Assembly: GCA_048498795.1 (NCBI GenBank)
Contig: JBEHXH010000013.1
Location: forward strand, 24,717 to 88,716
Origin: Verrucomicrobiota bacterium
GTDB lineage: Bacteria > Verrucomicrobiota > Verrucomicrobiia > Opitutales > Opitutaceae
DNA: 64,000 bases
Direction: 5' to 3'
The notes below the pieces were generated by a model. The model did no database searches and had not been told where the DNA came from. It saw only the letters and a list, made by a program, of their open reading frames with translations. Positions 50,231 to 59,843 of this stretch are shown in pieces. A program made the translations under genes and the position numbers. Numbering within the stretch: the first letter of the stretch is position 1; each line of letters opens with the position of its first letter.

Positions 50231-50252
50231 GGCCGGTGAGCTACCGGGCCAT

Positions 50253-50277
50253 GTTACAAAAGCGATACAAATTACAA
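50253..50277 (-). promoter_or_regulatory. Pho-box-like direct repeats upstream of DUF47-pitA (TTGTAAT TTGTATC gctt TTGTAAC in gene orientation)
   Basis: Heptamers related to the TTGTCAC/TCGTAAC units upstream of the porin-pst operon, with 7-4-7 spacing for the last two. It lies only ~22 nt from the annotated ATG, so the geometry is uncertain. Confidence 0.3.
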
Positions 50278-50282
50278 TCCGG

Positions 50283-51071
50283 TCATATCTTACCACGCGC
50301 CCAAGCCCACAGGTACCCGATCCGCTCATAGGCCGCGGAGGTGGTGCGCTGGAGGGCATCGAGACTGAAGAACCAGTCGCGCCAGCTGCTCTCCTCGCTG
50401 GGTTTGGATTGGAAGTCGGTGGGGCAGGCGAGCGGCGTGAGACCCTGACGGCGCATCAGGCCCATCGCGCGCGGCATGTGCGAGGCGGAGGTGACGAGGG
50501 CGAACGGCACATCGGGGCCGATCATGGTCTTGAGCTCGATGGCTTCGTTCTCGGTGTCGCGCGGTGTATCCGCGGTGAGGATACGCTCGCGCGGCAGGCC
50601 CATCGAGACGGCGGCGCGGGCGAGCACGCTGGCATGGCTCGGGCGGCCCGGCGCGCCGGCGCCGGTGACGATGAGCTTTGCCTCTGGCAATGCGCGCGAA
50701 AGACGCAGTCCCTCAGTGAGGCGGCCGCCCGCCGCGCCGCTGAGCGCGATGGTGGCGGGCAGCTCTTTCGATCCGCTATGACCACCACCGAGGACGACGA
50801 TGTACTTGCACGCGGCGAGCTTGGGCGGGAGCGGTGCGCCTGCGACCAGCTCGGGCACGGGATCGTACTGGCCCTCGATCGAGTGAATCAGGAAATTGGA
50901 TACAGGGTTGTTGGCCGCGAGGAGGAGCAGGCCCACGCCGGTGCCGATCATGATGCGGCCGAGACGCTGGTGGCGCTTCGTGCGCGTCAGCAGCCAGCCG
51001 ATAAGAACGAGCAACGTGCACGCCTGCAGCGGCATGATCCAGAAAGTGATGAACTTCTTCAGCCAAAACAT
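50283..51071 (-). CDS. DUF218 family protein (YdcF/ElyC/SanA-like envelope biogenesis factor)
   Basis: N-terminal TM anchor, then ...YIVVLGGGH...LIVTGAG...DTENEAIELK...ALVTSASHMPRAM typical of DUF218. The start is chosen at MFWLKKF. Confidence 0.6.
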   Translation of the reverse strand: MFWLKKFITFWIMPLQACTLLVLIGWLLTRTKRHQRLGRIMIGTGVGLLLLAANNPVSNFLIHSIEGQYDPVPELVAGAPLPPKLAACKYIVVLGGGHSGSKELPATIALSGAAGGRLTEGLRLSRALPEAKLIVTGAGAPGRPSHASVLARAAVSMGLPRERILTADTPRDTENEAIELKTMIGPDVPFALVTSASHMPRAMGLMRRQGLTPLACPTDFQSKPSEESSWRDWFFSLDALQRTTSAAYERIGYLWAWARGKI

Positions 51072-51212
51072 CCGCCGAGCGAAGCGGTCTCGTCTGTTCC
51101 CGGCGAGCGTCGAGTTGCGCGCTAAACGATTTGACCTCGTATCCCCTTCTTTCGGGACACGTCTTGCCATGGACTGCGCGGGGTCGCCCCTGTTAATCTC
51201 TATCTATCCCGC

Positions 51213-52634
51213 GTGTTACTCCTCGTCATGTCATTATCTCTCGTTCGTTTCTCGGTCTTGGTCGTCCTCCTTGGTGTTGTCACGCTCGCTGCGGCGCGCG
51301 GGCAGAGTACAGCACCGGTGGATAAAATCGCCGACGCCAAAGCCGAGCACGACGCGCGCCTGGCGTGGTTTCGCGAGGCGAAGTACGGCCTCTTCATCCA
51401 CTGGGGCCTCTACGCGGTGCCGGCCGGGCAGTGGAAGGGCAAGGCGGTCCCGGGTATCGGGGAGTGGATCATGAACCGCGCGAAGATCCCCGTCGGCGAA
51501 TACTCGCAGCTCGCGACGCAGTTCAACCCTGTGAAGTTCGACGCTGAGGCGTGGGTGCAGATGGCGGTTGATGCGGGTATGAAGTACATCGTCATCACTT
51601 CGAAGCATCACGACGGCTTCGCGATGTACCGCTCCGAAATCTCGCCGTACAACATCGTAGATGCGACGCCGTTCAAGCGTGACCCGATCAAAGAACTCGC
51701 CGCCGTCTGCGCGAAACACGGCATGCCCTTCGGCTTCTACTACTCCCAGTCGCAGGACTGGCACGAGCGCGGCGGTGCGGGCAACGACTGGGATTTTCCC
51801 CCTGATCCGGCGAAGGACAAGGACGGCACGTATGACCAGTATCTCCGCGCGAAGGCCGAGCCGCAGGTGCGCGAGTTGCTACAGAACTACGGCCCGGTGT
51901 GCCTGATCTGGTTCGACACGCCGAAGATGATGGCGGGCGAGCGCGGTCAGCGCTTCGTCGACCTCGTGCGCTCGCTCCAGCCGAAGTGCCTGATCGACGG
52001 CCGCCTCGGCACGGCGGGCGACTACGAGTCCACCGGTGACAACGCCATCCCTGCCGCGCACAAGGAAGGCGATTGGGAAACGCCCGCGACGATCAATCAC
52101 ACGTGGGGCTTCAAGACCGACGACCACGACTGGAAGTCGCCCGGCGAAATCCTCTTCAAGCTCGTCGACATCGCGAGCAAGGGCGGCAACTACCTGCTCA
52201 ACGTCGGCCCGACTTCCGAGGGCATCATCCCGCAGCCGAGTCAGGACAATCTCCGCGCGGTCGGCGCGTGGCTCAAGGTGCACGGCGAGGCCATCTACGG
52301 CGCGGGCCGCTCGCCCTTCGGCTTCGAGTTTGGCGAGTACAGCACGACGCAAAAGGACCGCGCGGGCGCGCCGATCTTCCTCAAGCGCGACGACTGGCGC
52401 TGCACGGTAAAGCCGGGGAAAGTCTATTTCACTTTCTTCGGCGAAGGGATGCCGCGGAATGGTTTCGAGATCCCCGCGTTCAAGAACGCGATCAAGCACG
52501 CGTATCTCCTCGGCGATGCGGCGCACACCGAACTCACGCGCAACGGTCGCGTGGTGTCGTTCCCGCGGCCCGCGCCGGTCGCGATGGCGAATGTGCTCTG
52601 CGTCGAGATCGAGGGCGACCGTCTGGAGTTCTGA
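51213..52634 (+). CDS. alpha-L-fucosidase, glycoside hydrolase family 29, secreted
   Basis: Signal peptide. AWFREAKYGLFIHWGLYAVPAG..., a ...KHHDGFAMY... catalytic nucleophile region and WFDTP... are GH29 hallmarks. 473 aa. Confidence 0.85.
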   Translation: MLLLVMSLSLVRFSVLVVLLGVVTLAAARGQSTAPVDKIADAKAEHDARLAWFREAKYGLFIHWGLYAVPAGQWKGKAVPGIGEWIMNRAKIPVGEYSQLATQFNPVKFDAEAWVQMAVDAGMKYIVITSKHHDGFAMYRSEISPYNIVDATPFKRDPIKELAAVCAKHGMPFGFYYSQSQDWHERGGAGNDWDFPPDPAKDKDGTYDQYLRAKAEPQVRELLQNYGPVCLIWFDTPKMMAGERGQRFVDLVRSLQPKCLIDGRLGTAGDYESTGDNAIPAAHKEGDWETPATINHTWGFKTDDHDWKSPGEILFKLVDIASKGGNYLLNVGPTSEGIIPQPSQDNLRAVGAWLKVHGEAIYGAGRSPFGFEFGEYSTTQKDRAGAPIFLKRDDWRCTVKPGKVYFTFFGEGMPRNGFEIPAFKNAIKHAYLLGDAAHTELTRNGRVVSFPRPAPVAMANVLCVEIEGDRLEF

Positions 52635-52643
52635 GTCGCGGGC

Positions 52644-52844
52644 TTGCCGCGGGTGAGGTGCGTGCGTTTTGTCACGCGTGTGAAGAAACCCACCCGCGAC
52701 GAACGCCAGCGCATGTGCGTGAAGAAGCGTCGCTATAATTCGCAAGGCGACGCGCTCGATGCGGCGGCAGTGCTGGGCCTCGGACGGCAGCGCTCAGCGT
52801 ATCAGTGCCCGCTGTGCAAAAAGTGGCACCTCACCTCCAATTAA
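52644..52844 (+). CDS. small basic protein with C-terminal CxxC (possible zinc-ribbon), hypothetical
   Basis: 66-aa ORF ending ...AYQCPLCKKWHLTSN. The start may be the internal M (MCVKKRRYNSQGDALDAA...). No family assigned. Confidence 0.25.
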   Translation: MPRVRCVRFVTRVKKPTRDERQRMCVKKRRYNSQGDALDAAAVLGLGRQRSAYQCPLCKKWHLTSN

Positions 52845-52847
52845 GAC

Positions 52848-53057
52848 ATGAGCACACCGCCGTGGAAAAAATCCAAACCCGACGCAGCGGCGCCGAAGGC
52901 GAAGCTCACGCCGGAAAGCGTCGAGTGGGCGAAAGCCCGCGCGAAGGCCGCAGGCCGGCGCTATCCCAATCTCGTCGACAACATGGCCGCGGCTCGCCGT
53001 CAGCGCGAAGCGCAGCAAGGCGAGCCGGGCGGGTTGGGCAGTCTGCCCGCGCCTTAG
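52848..53057 (+). CDS. small basic hypothetical protein (69 aa)
   Basis: Lys/Arg/Ala-rich ORF ending 4 nt inside the convergent AsmA gene; coding status uncertain. Confidence 0.2.
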   Translation: MSTPPWKKSKPDAAAPKAKLTPESVEWAKARAKAAGRRYPNLVDNMAAARRQREAQQGEPGGLGSLPAP

Positions 53058-56000
53058 CGCAGGAGAGCACCCACGCCCGCCTTCGCGACCATCGCCCAGA
53101 GGGCTTTCGAGTCCGGATTCGCGGCGGTGCCACCGACAGAGAAGCTCTCGCTCATGAGATAGTAGCCCTTGTCGTCTTGCTCGTTCTTGAGGAGGCGCAG
53201 GCGATTGAGCACCACGGCGAATTGATCTTTCGCAGCAAGCTGCACGCTGATCTGCATCGGCTGCTGGTCGATCGGCACATCCTTCTGGAACGTGATGCCG
53301 CCGGTGCCGGTGATACGCTTGTTGGGCGAGATGAACTCGAGGTTGGTGAGCTTGAGGTTGAGATCCGCGCCACGCTCGACGTGGAGTGAGAATTTGTCGA
53401 AGGCCATCTCCTTGAGTTCGCTGGCGAGTTCTCCGGCAGCTACTACTCCGTCAGACTTTGTGACAAATGCTCCGATGAGTTGGGTTGCGCCGCCCAAAAC
53501 TCCCGCAACTTCGCCCTTCTTGCCGAGCGCGCGGAGCGTGCCGGCGGTGCCGGTGACATCGAAGACGCCGTAGCTATTTTGGATGAGATCGTTCATCGTA
53601 CGACCGGAGCCATTGAGCTTTGCGTTGACGGAGACCTTGGTCTCGATCGCGGGCTTCTCGTTGGGATTGGCCGCGCGGAGGATTTCGCCGAGGTCGAGAT
53701 TGGTGACCGTGGTGTTGCCGGTGAGCGTGTATGGTGTCGGCTTCTTCGGATCGAAGGTGATCACGCCGACGAGCTTGAACGGGTTCTCCTTGAAGCGGCC
53801 TTCGAGGCTGTCGACGCCGAGCTTGGTGTCGTTGACGACGAAGGAGCCCTTCACGCCGCTGACGATGTAGTCGCGGCCGTAGACGATCTTCTTGAGATCG
53901 GTGTCGAGCTTGGCGGTGACGCCGGACCAGAACGGCACGGTGTCGCGCGCATTGGCGGCGGGAGTCACGGGCTTGGTCGCGACGGCCGGAGCGAGGGTGG
54001 GCTTCGCGGGCGTGGTGGCGACCTGCGGCGGAGTTGCGGGAGCGAGCTCGCTAAAGGCCTGCAAGTCGTCGGCGAAGAGCTGCGTGCTGGAGAGCTTGCC
54101 GGTGGCGGAAATGGCGGTGCCGGTTTTTGCGAAGCTGCCCTCGAACGTGACATCGGAGCGGCGGTCGCCCGCGGTGACGACGAGCGGGAGTTTCACGACA
54201 CCGCTGCCATCGGCCTTGAGCGAGGCGACGGCGCTAACCTCGACGGTGCCGAGCGCGGCGCCGGTTTGCTTCACGATGAGATTGCGCGCGGTGACGACGG
54301 CCTTGACCGAGGTGGTGTCGCCGACGCTGCCCTCGAAAACGGTGGCGACATTGCCGCGCGAGAGCGTAGCGTACGGCGCGAGCACGGGCTGAGCGAGCGC
54401 GGCGGCGACGTCGGCCTCGAGATTGCCCTTGGCGGTGGCGCTGAACTTCGCGCCGAGATTGGCCTCACCGGCGGCGACGACCTTGAGCACGGTGGCCTTG
54501 CCCTGCGTGACCTCGAGACGACGTACATCGTACGTAGCGACATCGCCCTTCTTCGTGGCGGAGAGGTCAACGGCGACGTCGAGGTTTTGCGCGAGCTTCT
54601 GGTTATCGAGTGTCACGCTGGCGCCGCGGACCACGAGCGGCTCGGTGGTGCGGAGTGCGAGGTCATCGGCGCTGCGTGCGCTGACTTCGAGGGCTGCGCC
54701 CGCGAGCACGCCGGCAAACTGCGACTTCGGCACGAAGGCCTGCGCCCACGCGAGCGGGATCTCGCCGAGGCGCACGGTGGCGGCGGGCTTGGCGGGATCG
54801 TTGAGCGCGATGGTCGTCTTCTGCAGATCGAGCGTGAGCGGCTGCTTCGTTTCGAGCGCGAGCAGGAGCGCGTTGTTGGCCTGCTGCGAGGCGGTGACGA
54901 ACATCTTCGCCAGCGCAAGCGTCTGGCCCGAGAAACGGCCCTCGGCGGAAACGGCGCTCACGATCGGACCGGGGTCGAGGGGCAGGTACGGCTTCAACGC
55001 GGCGATGAGCTTGGCATCGAGCTGCGCGGCGAAGTCGATCACGGGCGTCTTAGCGAGATCGGTGACGGATGCGGAGAGCTTGCCGCCGACGGCGTCGCCC
55101 GCCGGGAGGGAAATTTTCAGCTCGGTGAGCTCGGCGGTGATTTTTTCCGCCGTGTAGTCGATCTGCGGGCGGACAGAGAGGGCGAGCTGCTCGACGAGCT
55201 TCTTGTCGCCTTGGCGCACGGTGACGGCGCGGAGCGTGAGCGGGTCGATGGCGCGGACGGCGATGCGGCTGCCATCGGCGCTGGCCTCGACGCCGAGCGT
55301 GAGCGAGAGATCACCGCTATCGATCGCGAGCGGCTTGGCGACCGGCTGCGCCCACGCGAGCGGGAGCGCTTGCACGGTGACGCGCGCGAGCTGGGCCTTC
55401 GGGTCGGCGAGCGTGACGCGCTTGTCGGCGACGGAGAACGAGACCTTCTGCAGCGTGGCGACCTGCGCGAACTTGCGGCCATCGGTGCCGGTGACGTCAA
55501 GCTCCAGCTTGTCGAGCTGGGCGACATTGTTGGCGAAGCGCGCATCGAAGGCGGTGCGGACCTGCACGGAGCCGACAGCGGCGAGGGCAGGGGAAAGTTT
55601 TTCGAGCTGGGCGGCGGTGGCGTTGAGCTCGCCACGCGCGGAAGCGGCGTTGGTGGTCGGGTCGAAAGTAAACGCGCCGTTGCCCTGTGCGGTCAGGTCG
55701 GGCAGACCGAGACCGGCGAGCAGCGCGGCGAGCTGACCGCGGTCAGCACCGAGCTTCCACGTGCCGGCGAACTGATGCGCAGCGGCCTGATACTCGATGT
55801 TGGAAGAAAGGAGCGGGGCGGGATTATCGGCGCGGATGAAGCCGACGGAGAGGGCGTAGGTCTCGTTGCCGCCGGCGGTGGGCTGGTCGGCCTTGAGCGT
55901 GACGCGCAGGCGCTCGGCGGGGAGGTTGGGGCCGCTGGCGGTGGCGATGGTCTCGAGTTCGACGGAGTCGACGCGGCGGTCGGCGGCGAGGTGCAGCGCG

Positions 56001-56665
56001 AGCGAGCCCGCGGCCTGGAGGGCGGCGAGCGGCGCGCCCTTGGTGGCGTCGGCGAACTCGATCTTCCAGTCGAGCTTGCCCTTCTGGCCAGTCTCGATTC
56101 CGGCGCCGCTGACGTCAAACGTGGCGGTCTGGCCGGCGGGCAGAAGTGCGCGGCCCTTGAGCGCGAGCTTGGCGACGCGGAGGTCGAACGGGAGCTGGGT
56201 GAGCTTGAGCGCGCCGTCGAAGGCGGGCGGTTGGGTGGTGGCGGGAGAAGTGGAGGAGGCAGCGGCGGACTTTGAGGCGCTCGCCGGCGCGGGCGTAGTC
56301 GCGGCGGCGTTGGCGGCCGGAGTGGCGGCGGGCTTGGCGTCGCGCAGGTCGACCACGAGGCCGTCGATGGCGACGTCGTCGACGTTGATCTTTTTGCCGC
56401 TGATGTAGTCCCACGCGGAGTAGTTGGCGGAGACCTTGTCGGCGGTGAGGATCATGCCCGCCTGCTCGACGCGGAGGCCGGTGAGCTCGGTGCGCGAGAG
56501 ACCCGCGCCGACGCCGCTCAGCTCGATCTTGGTGCCGGGCTGGCCGGCGACGGCCTTGCGGACGGCCCACGTCTGGATGGACGGAGTGAAGGCGAGCGCG
56601 ACCAGAATGAGCGCGAGCAACGCAATGCTACCCAGAACGATGGCAATGATCTTGAATGCTTTCAT
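53054..56665 (-). CDS. AsmA-family protein (large envelope-spanning TamB/YhdP-like protein), 1203 aa
   Basis: N-terminal signal-anchor (MKAFKIIAIVLGSIALLALILVALAF), a very long Ala/Thr/Leu-rich beta-rich body, and a C-terminal AsmA_2-like region (...GRDYIVSGVKGSFVVNDTKLGVDSLEGRF...). Confidence 0.6.
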   Translation of the reverse strand: MKAFKIIAIVLGSIALLALILVALAFTPSIQTWAVRKAVAGQPGTKIELSGVGAGLSRTELTGLRVEQAGMILTADKVSANYSAWDYISGKKINVDDVAIDGLVVDLRDAKPAATPAANAAATTPAPASASKSAAASSTSPATTQPPAFDGALKLTQLPFDLRVAKLALKGRALLPAGQTATFDVSGAGIETGQKGKLDWKIEFADATKGAPLAALQAAGSLALHLAADRRVDSVELETIATASGPNLPAERLRVTLKADQPTAGGNETYALSVGFIRADNPAPLLSSNIEYQAAAHQFAGTWKLGADRGQLAALLAGLGLPDLTAQGNGAFTFDPTTNAASARGELNATAAQLEKLSPALAAVGSVQVRTAFDARFANNVAQLDKLELDVTGTDGRKFAQVATLQKVSFSVADKRVTLADPKAQLARVTVQALPLAWAQPVAKPLAIDSGDLSLTLGVEASADGSRIAVRAIDPLTLRAVTVRQGDKKLVEQLALSVRPQIDYTAEKITAELTELKISLPAGDAVGGKLSASVTDLAKTPVIDFAAQLDAKLIAALKPYLPLDPGPIVSAVSAEGRFSGQTLALAKMFVTASQQANNALLLALETKQPLTLDLQKTTIALNDPAKPAATVRLGEIPLAWAQAFVPKSQFAGVLAGAALEVSARSADDLALRTTEPLVVRGASVTLDNQKLAQNLDVAVDLSATKKGDVATYDVRRLEVTQGKATVLKVVAAGEANLGAKFSATAKGNLEADVAAALAQPVLAPYATLSRGNVATVFEGSVGDTTSVKAVVTARNLIVKQTGAALGTVEVSAVASLKADGSGVVKLPLVVTAGDRRSDVTFEGSFAKTGTAISATGKLSSTQLFADDLQAFSELAPATPPQVATTPAKPTLAPAVATKPVTPAANARDTVPFWSGVTAKLDTDLKKIVYGRDYIVSGVKGSFVVNDTKLGVDSLEGRFKENPFKLVGVITFDPKKPTPYTLTGNTTVTNLDLGEILRAANPNEKPAIETKVSVNAKLNGSGRTMNDLIQNSYGVFDVTGTAGTLRALGKKGEVAGVLGGATQLIGAFVTKSDGVVAAGELASELKEMAFDKFSLHVERGADLNLKLTNLEFISPNKRITGTGGITFQKDVPIDQQPMQISVQLAAKDQFAVVLNRLRLLKNEQDDKGYYLMSESFSVGGTAANPDSKALWAMVAKAGVGALLR

Positions 56666-56779
56666 CGGAACCTATCAGGCCACCAACAAACGCAGCCCCC
56701 TCACAAGTCAATTTACGCACCAGAATGTTGCATTGCAGTGCAACAAAAGGGGCCCAGAAGCGGCGGAGATAAGCTACCC

Positions 56780-58720
56780 TCAGGGGGAACCGAGCCGACG
56801 CTGGGCCAAAACGGCGTTCTGGCGGGCGGCGTCGAGCGACGGATCGAGGCGTAGAGCCTCGTTGAACTGGTCGAGGGCGGCGCGGAATTGCCCGGCGCGA
56901 CCGAGGGCCATGCCGTAGCGGTTGCGCATCAGGGCGTCGTTGGGCCGTAGGCGCACAGCCTCGGCGAAGTGAGGGAGCGCCTCGGGGGCGCGGTTGAGAC
57001 TGGCGAGGACGTTGCCGAGATTAAAGTGCGCGTCGGCGTCCTGCGGTACGAGCTGCACAAGCTGAGTGAACTGCTCGGCGGCGGCCTCGAGATTGCCGGA
57101 TTGGGCGAGACCGGCGGCGAGATTGGCGCGCGGACCGGGGGCGCGCGGCGCGTATTGGACGGCGGCGAAGAGCCGCGCGAGGCCGTCGGCGGTGCGGCCG
57201 GAGAGGAGCAGGGCGTTGCCGAGATTATTGAGCGTGTTGAGATCGTGCGGGGCGCGGTCGAGGGCCTGCTGATAATAGCCGAGCGCGGCGGAGGTGTCGC
57301 CGAGCTCCTGGCAAACGCTGCCGAGATTATTGAGGACGGGTACGACACCGGGCTGCACGGCGAGCGAACGCTCCAGCCACTTGCGCGCCTCGGCGAGGTG
57401 GCCGGCGCGGTGATGATAGTCGGCGAGGAGGGCCATGGCGCGGGCGTTGGTGGGCTGCTTCGCGACGGTATCCTCGCAGATGCTGATGGCGGAGGCGTAG
57501 CGGTCGTTGCGCGCGATGGTCGTGACAGCGAAAGCGAGCGCGACGCTCGCGCCGATGGGCAGTGCACGACGACCGAGCCACGCATAGCCGCAGAGCACGA
57601 GACCCACGACGAGAGCGGCGAGCGGCAGGTACATGCGATGCTCGGCGACCGTCTGGCCCACGAGCGGAATCACGCTGGAGCTGGGGGCGAGGATCAGGAA
57701 AAACCATGCGCCGAGACAGCCGACTGCTGGGCGTTTGAGGACGGTCCAGAGCGTTGTGGCGAAAAGTGCGAGCAGCAGCAGGCCCTGCCACCAGACCTCG
57801 GCGACGGAGTCGACGAGCGCGGTGCCGTAGTCGAGCACCAACTGCTGCGGCCAGAGCGCGAGCTTCAGGTAGAGCACGAGGGCATCGCATTGTTTCAGCA
57901 GATACGTCCACGGCGAGACCCCGAGGCCGAAGCCAGCAGAGACGCCGCGCGTGCCGCCGCCCTTCGCGACGAAGAAAATCAGGATGAGCCACGTGGCGGC
58001 GAGGGAGAGCAGGAGTTTCCCGCGGCACGACCAGACCTCGCGCCACGAGCCGGCGAGAAACGCGCGATCGTAGAGCGCGGCGAAGAGCGGTACGGAGACC
58101 ATGACCTCCTTCGTCATCATACCGAGGGCGCATGCGACGATGGCGGCGACGCGCCACGCGGGTGCGGAGTTTTCTTCGGCGGCGCGCACGTAACAAAGTA
58201 GCGCGAGAAAGTACCACAAGCCGAGCAACGCTTCTGCGCGCTGCGAGATGTACGTGACGGACTCGGTCTGCAGCGGGTGCAGGAGCCACAAGGCGGCGAC
58301 GAGCAGGGCGAGTTCCCAGGCGGCGGAGCCGAAGCGCGCGGCGAGCACGGACTGCGTGAGCGTGCGGCGCAGCAGCGCGAACAACGCGAACGCGGCGGCG
58401 AAGTGGATGAGGAGATTGACGACGTGGTAGCTGCTGACGGCGAAGCCACTCGCGGCATAGTTGGCGGCGACGGAGAGATTGACGACGGGGCGGCCGGAGA
58501 TGGGGAGGCCGCCCATCTCGCCGTCCTGCGGTGGAGCGAACGCGGTGCCGAGGCTGCGGATGGAGGGGTTGTTGACGATGGCCAGTTCGTCGTCGAAGAC
58601 GAAGGGCACGGAGAAGCTATTGTGCCACGCGATCAACGCGGTCACGGCGAGGATCAGCCCGGCCACCAACGAGGTGCGAAAGGAGCCGGACGCTGCGCCG
58701 CCGGCACGCGAGAAAGCCAT
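56780..58720 (-). CDS. TMTC-like membrane protein (polytopic N-domain + C-terminal TPR repeats), paralogue of 15151-17091
   Basis: PFVFDDELAIVNNPSIRSL matches FFFDDRAAIVENATIREW in the paralogue. Same TM topology, and C-terminal TPR units (A...Y...G....A......A..L.P). The start is chosen at MAFSRAGG. Confidence 0.6.
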   Translation of the reverse strand: MAFSRAGGAASGSFRTSLVAGLILAVTALIAWHNSFSVPFVFDDELAIVNNPSIRSLGTAFAPPQDGEMGGLPISGRPVVNLSVAANYAASGFAVSSYHVVNLLIHFAAAFALFALLRRTLTQSVLAARFGSAAWELALLVAALWLLHPLQTESVTYISQRAEALLGLWYFLALLCYVRAAEENSAPAWRVAAIVACALGMMTKEVMVSVPLFAALYDRAFLAGSWREVWSCRGKLLLSLAATWLILIFFVAKGGGTRGVSAGFGLGVSPWTYLLKQCDALVLYLKLALWPQQLVLDYGTALVDSVAEVWWQGLLLLALFATTLWTVLKRPAVGCLGAWFFLILAPSSSVIPLVGQTVAEHRMYLPLAALVVGLVLCGYAWLGRRALPIGASVALAFAVTTIARNDRYASAISICEDTVAKQPTNARAMALLADYHHRAGHLAEARKWLERSLAVQPGVVPVLNNLGSVCQELGDTSAALGYYQQALDRAPHDLNTLNNLGNALLLSGRTADGLARLFAAVQYAPRAPGPRANLAAGLAQSGNLEAAAEQFTQLVQLVPQDADAHFNLGNVLASLNRAPEALPHFAEAVRLRPNDALMRNRYGMALGRAGQFRAALDQFNEALRLDPSLDAARQNAVLAQRRLGSP

Positions 58721-58836
58721 GCGGCAGAGCAACGGGCGTGGCGGAGGTTGTCCAGTCCGGGTGACTGCCGAACGGTCCGCCCGGTGCGCTTTTGACTGTC
58801 GCCCGTGGCGCGCGCGCATTATGGAGTTTCCCCGCG

Positions 58837-59745
58837 ATGCGATCACCCCTCCGCATTCTCGCCTGTGCGCTGGCGCTGCTCAGCGCGTGCACGGGCCGGC
58901 TGCGCGCGGATGGCAACGTGATCGTGAATAGTGTCGCCAGTGCCGAGTACACGGCGCGGAAGTATCCCAACGGCGAGGCGAAGGAGGAGAGCTACGTGAT
59001 CATGCAGGGGCACTTTTTCGAGGGCGTGAGCGTGGACGGCTCGATCGATCGGCTGCCGTTTCGCCGCATCGCGGAGATCTTCGCGCCGGAGCTGGCGAAG
59101 CGGAAATATCTTCCGGCGAAATCCACGCGCGAGGCGGATCTCCTGATCGTGGTGCATTGGGGCACGACGCAGCCGCACGTGACCGCCGACGAGATGCGCG
59201 CGAAGGATTCGCCCATTACCGACCCGTCGACCGATCCCAACGTGCTCGCGCATAACTCGCTCGTGGAGCAAAATTCCGACAATTATCTCGGACTGCTCTT
59301 CGGTTCGCATGATCCGGCCGCGGAGATGCTGTACCGTGAGCAATTCGACGAGCTGGCAGGGCAGGCGGGTGCGGAAATGACGACAGCGACCAATGCCCAA
59401 CTCCTCGGCTACACGGGTGAGCTGCGGCGTTATAAGAACCAAATGATGACGAGCACCGAGGAGGAAGCGCTCCGGCTCGATCTGCGGAAGGAGCGGTACT
59501 TTCTGATTTTAAAAGCGTATGATCTGCACACGCCGAAGACTGCGGCGCCGCGACGCGCGGTGTGGACGCTCTACATGAATATGAGCTCCGCGGGGAATAA
59601 CTTCACGACAGCGCTCGACCGCATGAGCGTGGCCGCGGCGAAATTCGCCGGACAGCCGACGGATCACGTCACGACCTTGAAGCCAGCGCCACGCGAAGGG
59701 CGCGTGGATATCGGGACGCCAGTGATGATCGTGGATAAGCGATAG
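58837..59745 (+). CDS. lipoprotein of unknown function, paralogue family A member 3
   Basis: Lipobox-like signal MRSPLRILACALALLSAC. The C-terminal RAVWTLYMNMSSAGNNFTTALDRMSVAAAKFAGQPTD...GRVDIGTPVMIV is homologous to WRTRMTV(S/A)AQGV...GPYFGKDM...GTVGVGAPTVV of the 11233/12263 pair. Confidence 0.55.
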   Translation: MRSPLRILACALALLSACTGRLRADGNVIVNSVASAEYTARKYPNGEAKEESYVIMQGHFFEGVSVDGSIDRLPFRRIAEIFAPELAKRKYLPAKSTREADLLIVVHWGTTQPHVTADEMRAKDSPITDPSTDPNVLAHNSLVEQNSDNYLGLLFGSHDPAAEMLYREQFDELAGQAGAEMTTATNAQLLGYTGELRRYKNQMMTSTEEEALRLDLRKERYFLILKAYDLHTPKTAAPRRAVWTLYMNMSSAGNNFTTALDRMSVAAAKFAGQPTDHVTTLKPAPREGRVDIGTPVMIVDKR

Positions 59746-59770
59746 AGGTGGTGGACGACCCGATTTTTTG

Positions 59771-59800
59771 AACCGCGAATAGACGCGAATAAACGCGAAT
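59771..59800. repeat. three perfect-phase 10-bp tandem units (AACCGCGAAT AGACGCGAAT AAACGCGAAT)
   Basis: Direct reading of the sequence; part of a 280-bp repeat-dense intergenic region. Confidence 0.8.
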
Positions 59801-59843
59801 GAGGTTGAGCGGCGCGAGGGGTGATGCGGAGGTCTCCAGGCAG

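Noticed and set aside
53480-56275. 931-aa plus-strand ORF
   Set aside because: Antisense to the AsmA-family gene; translation is a Gly/Ala/Arg/Glu low-complexity repeat.
56969-58795. Plus-strand ORFs (56969-58201, 58277-58795 and others) and the minus-strand 57327-58289
   Set aside because: They overlap the second TMTC-like gene in alternative frames.
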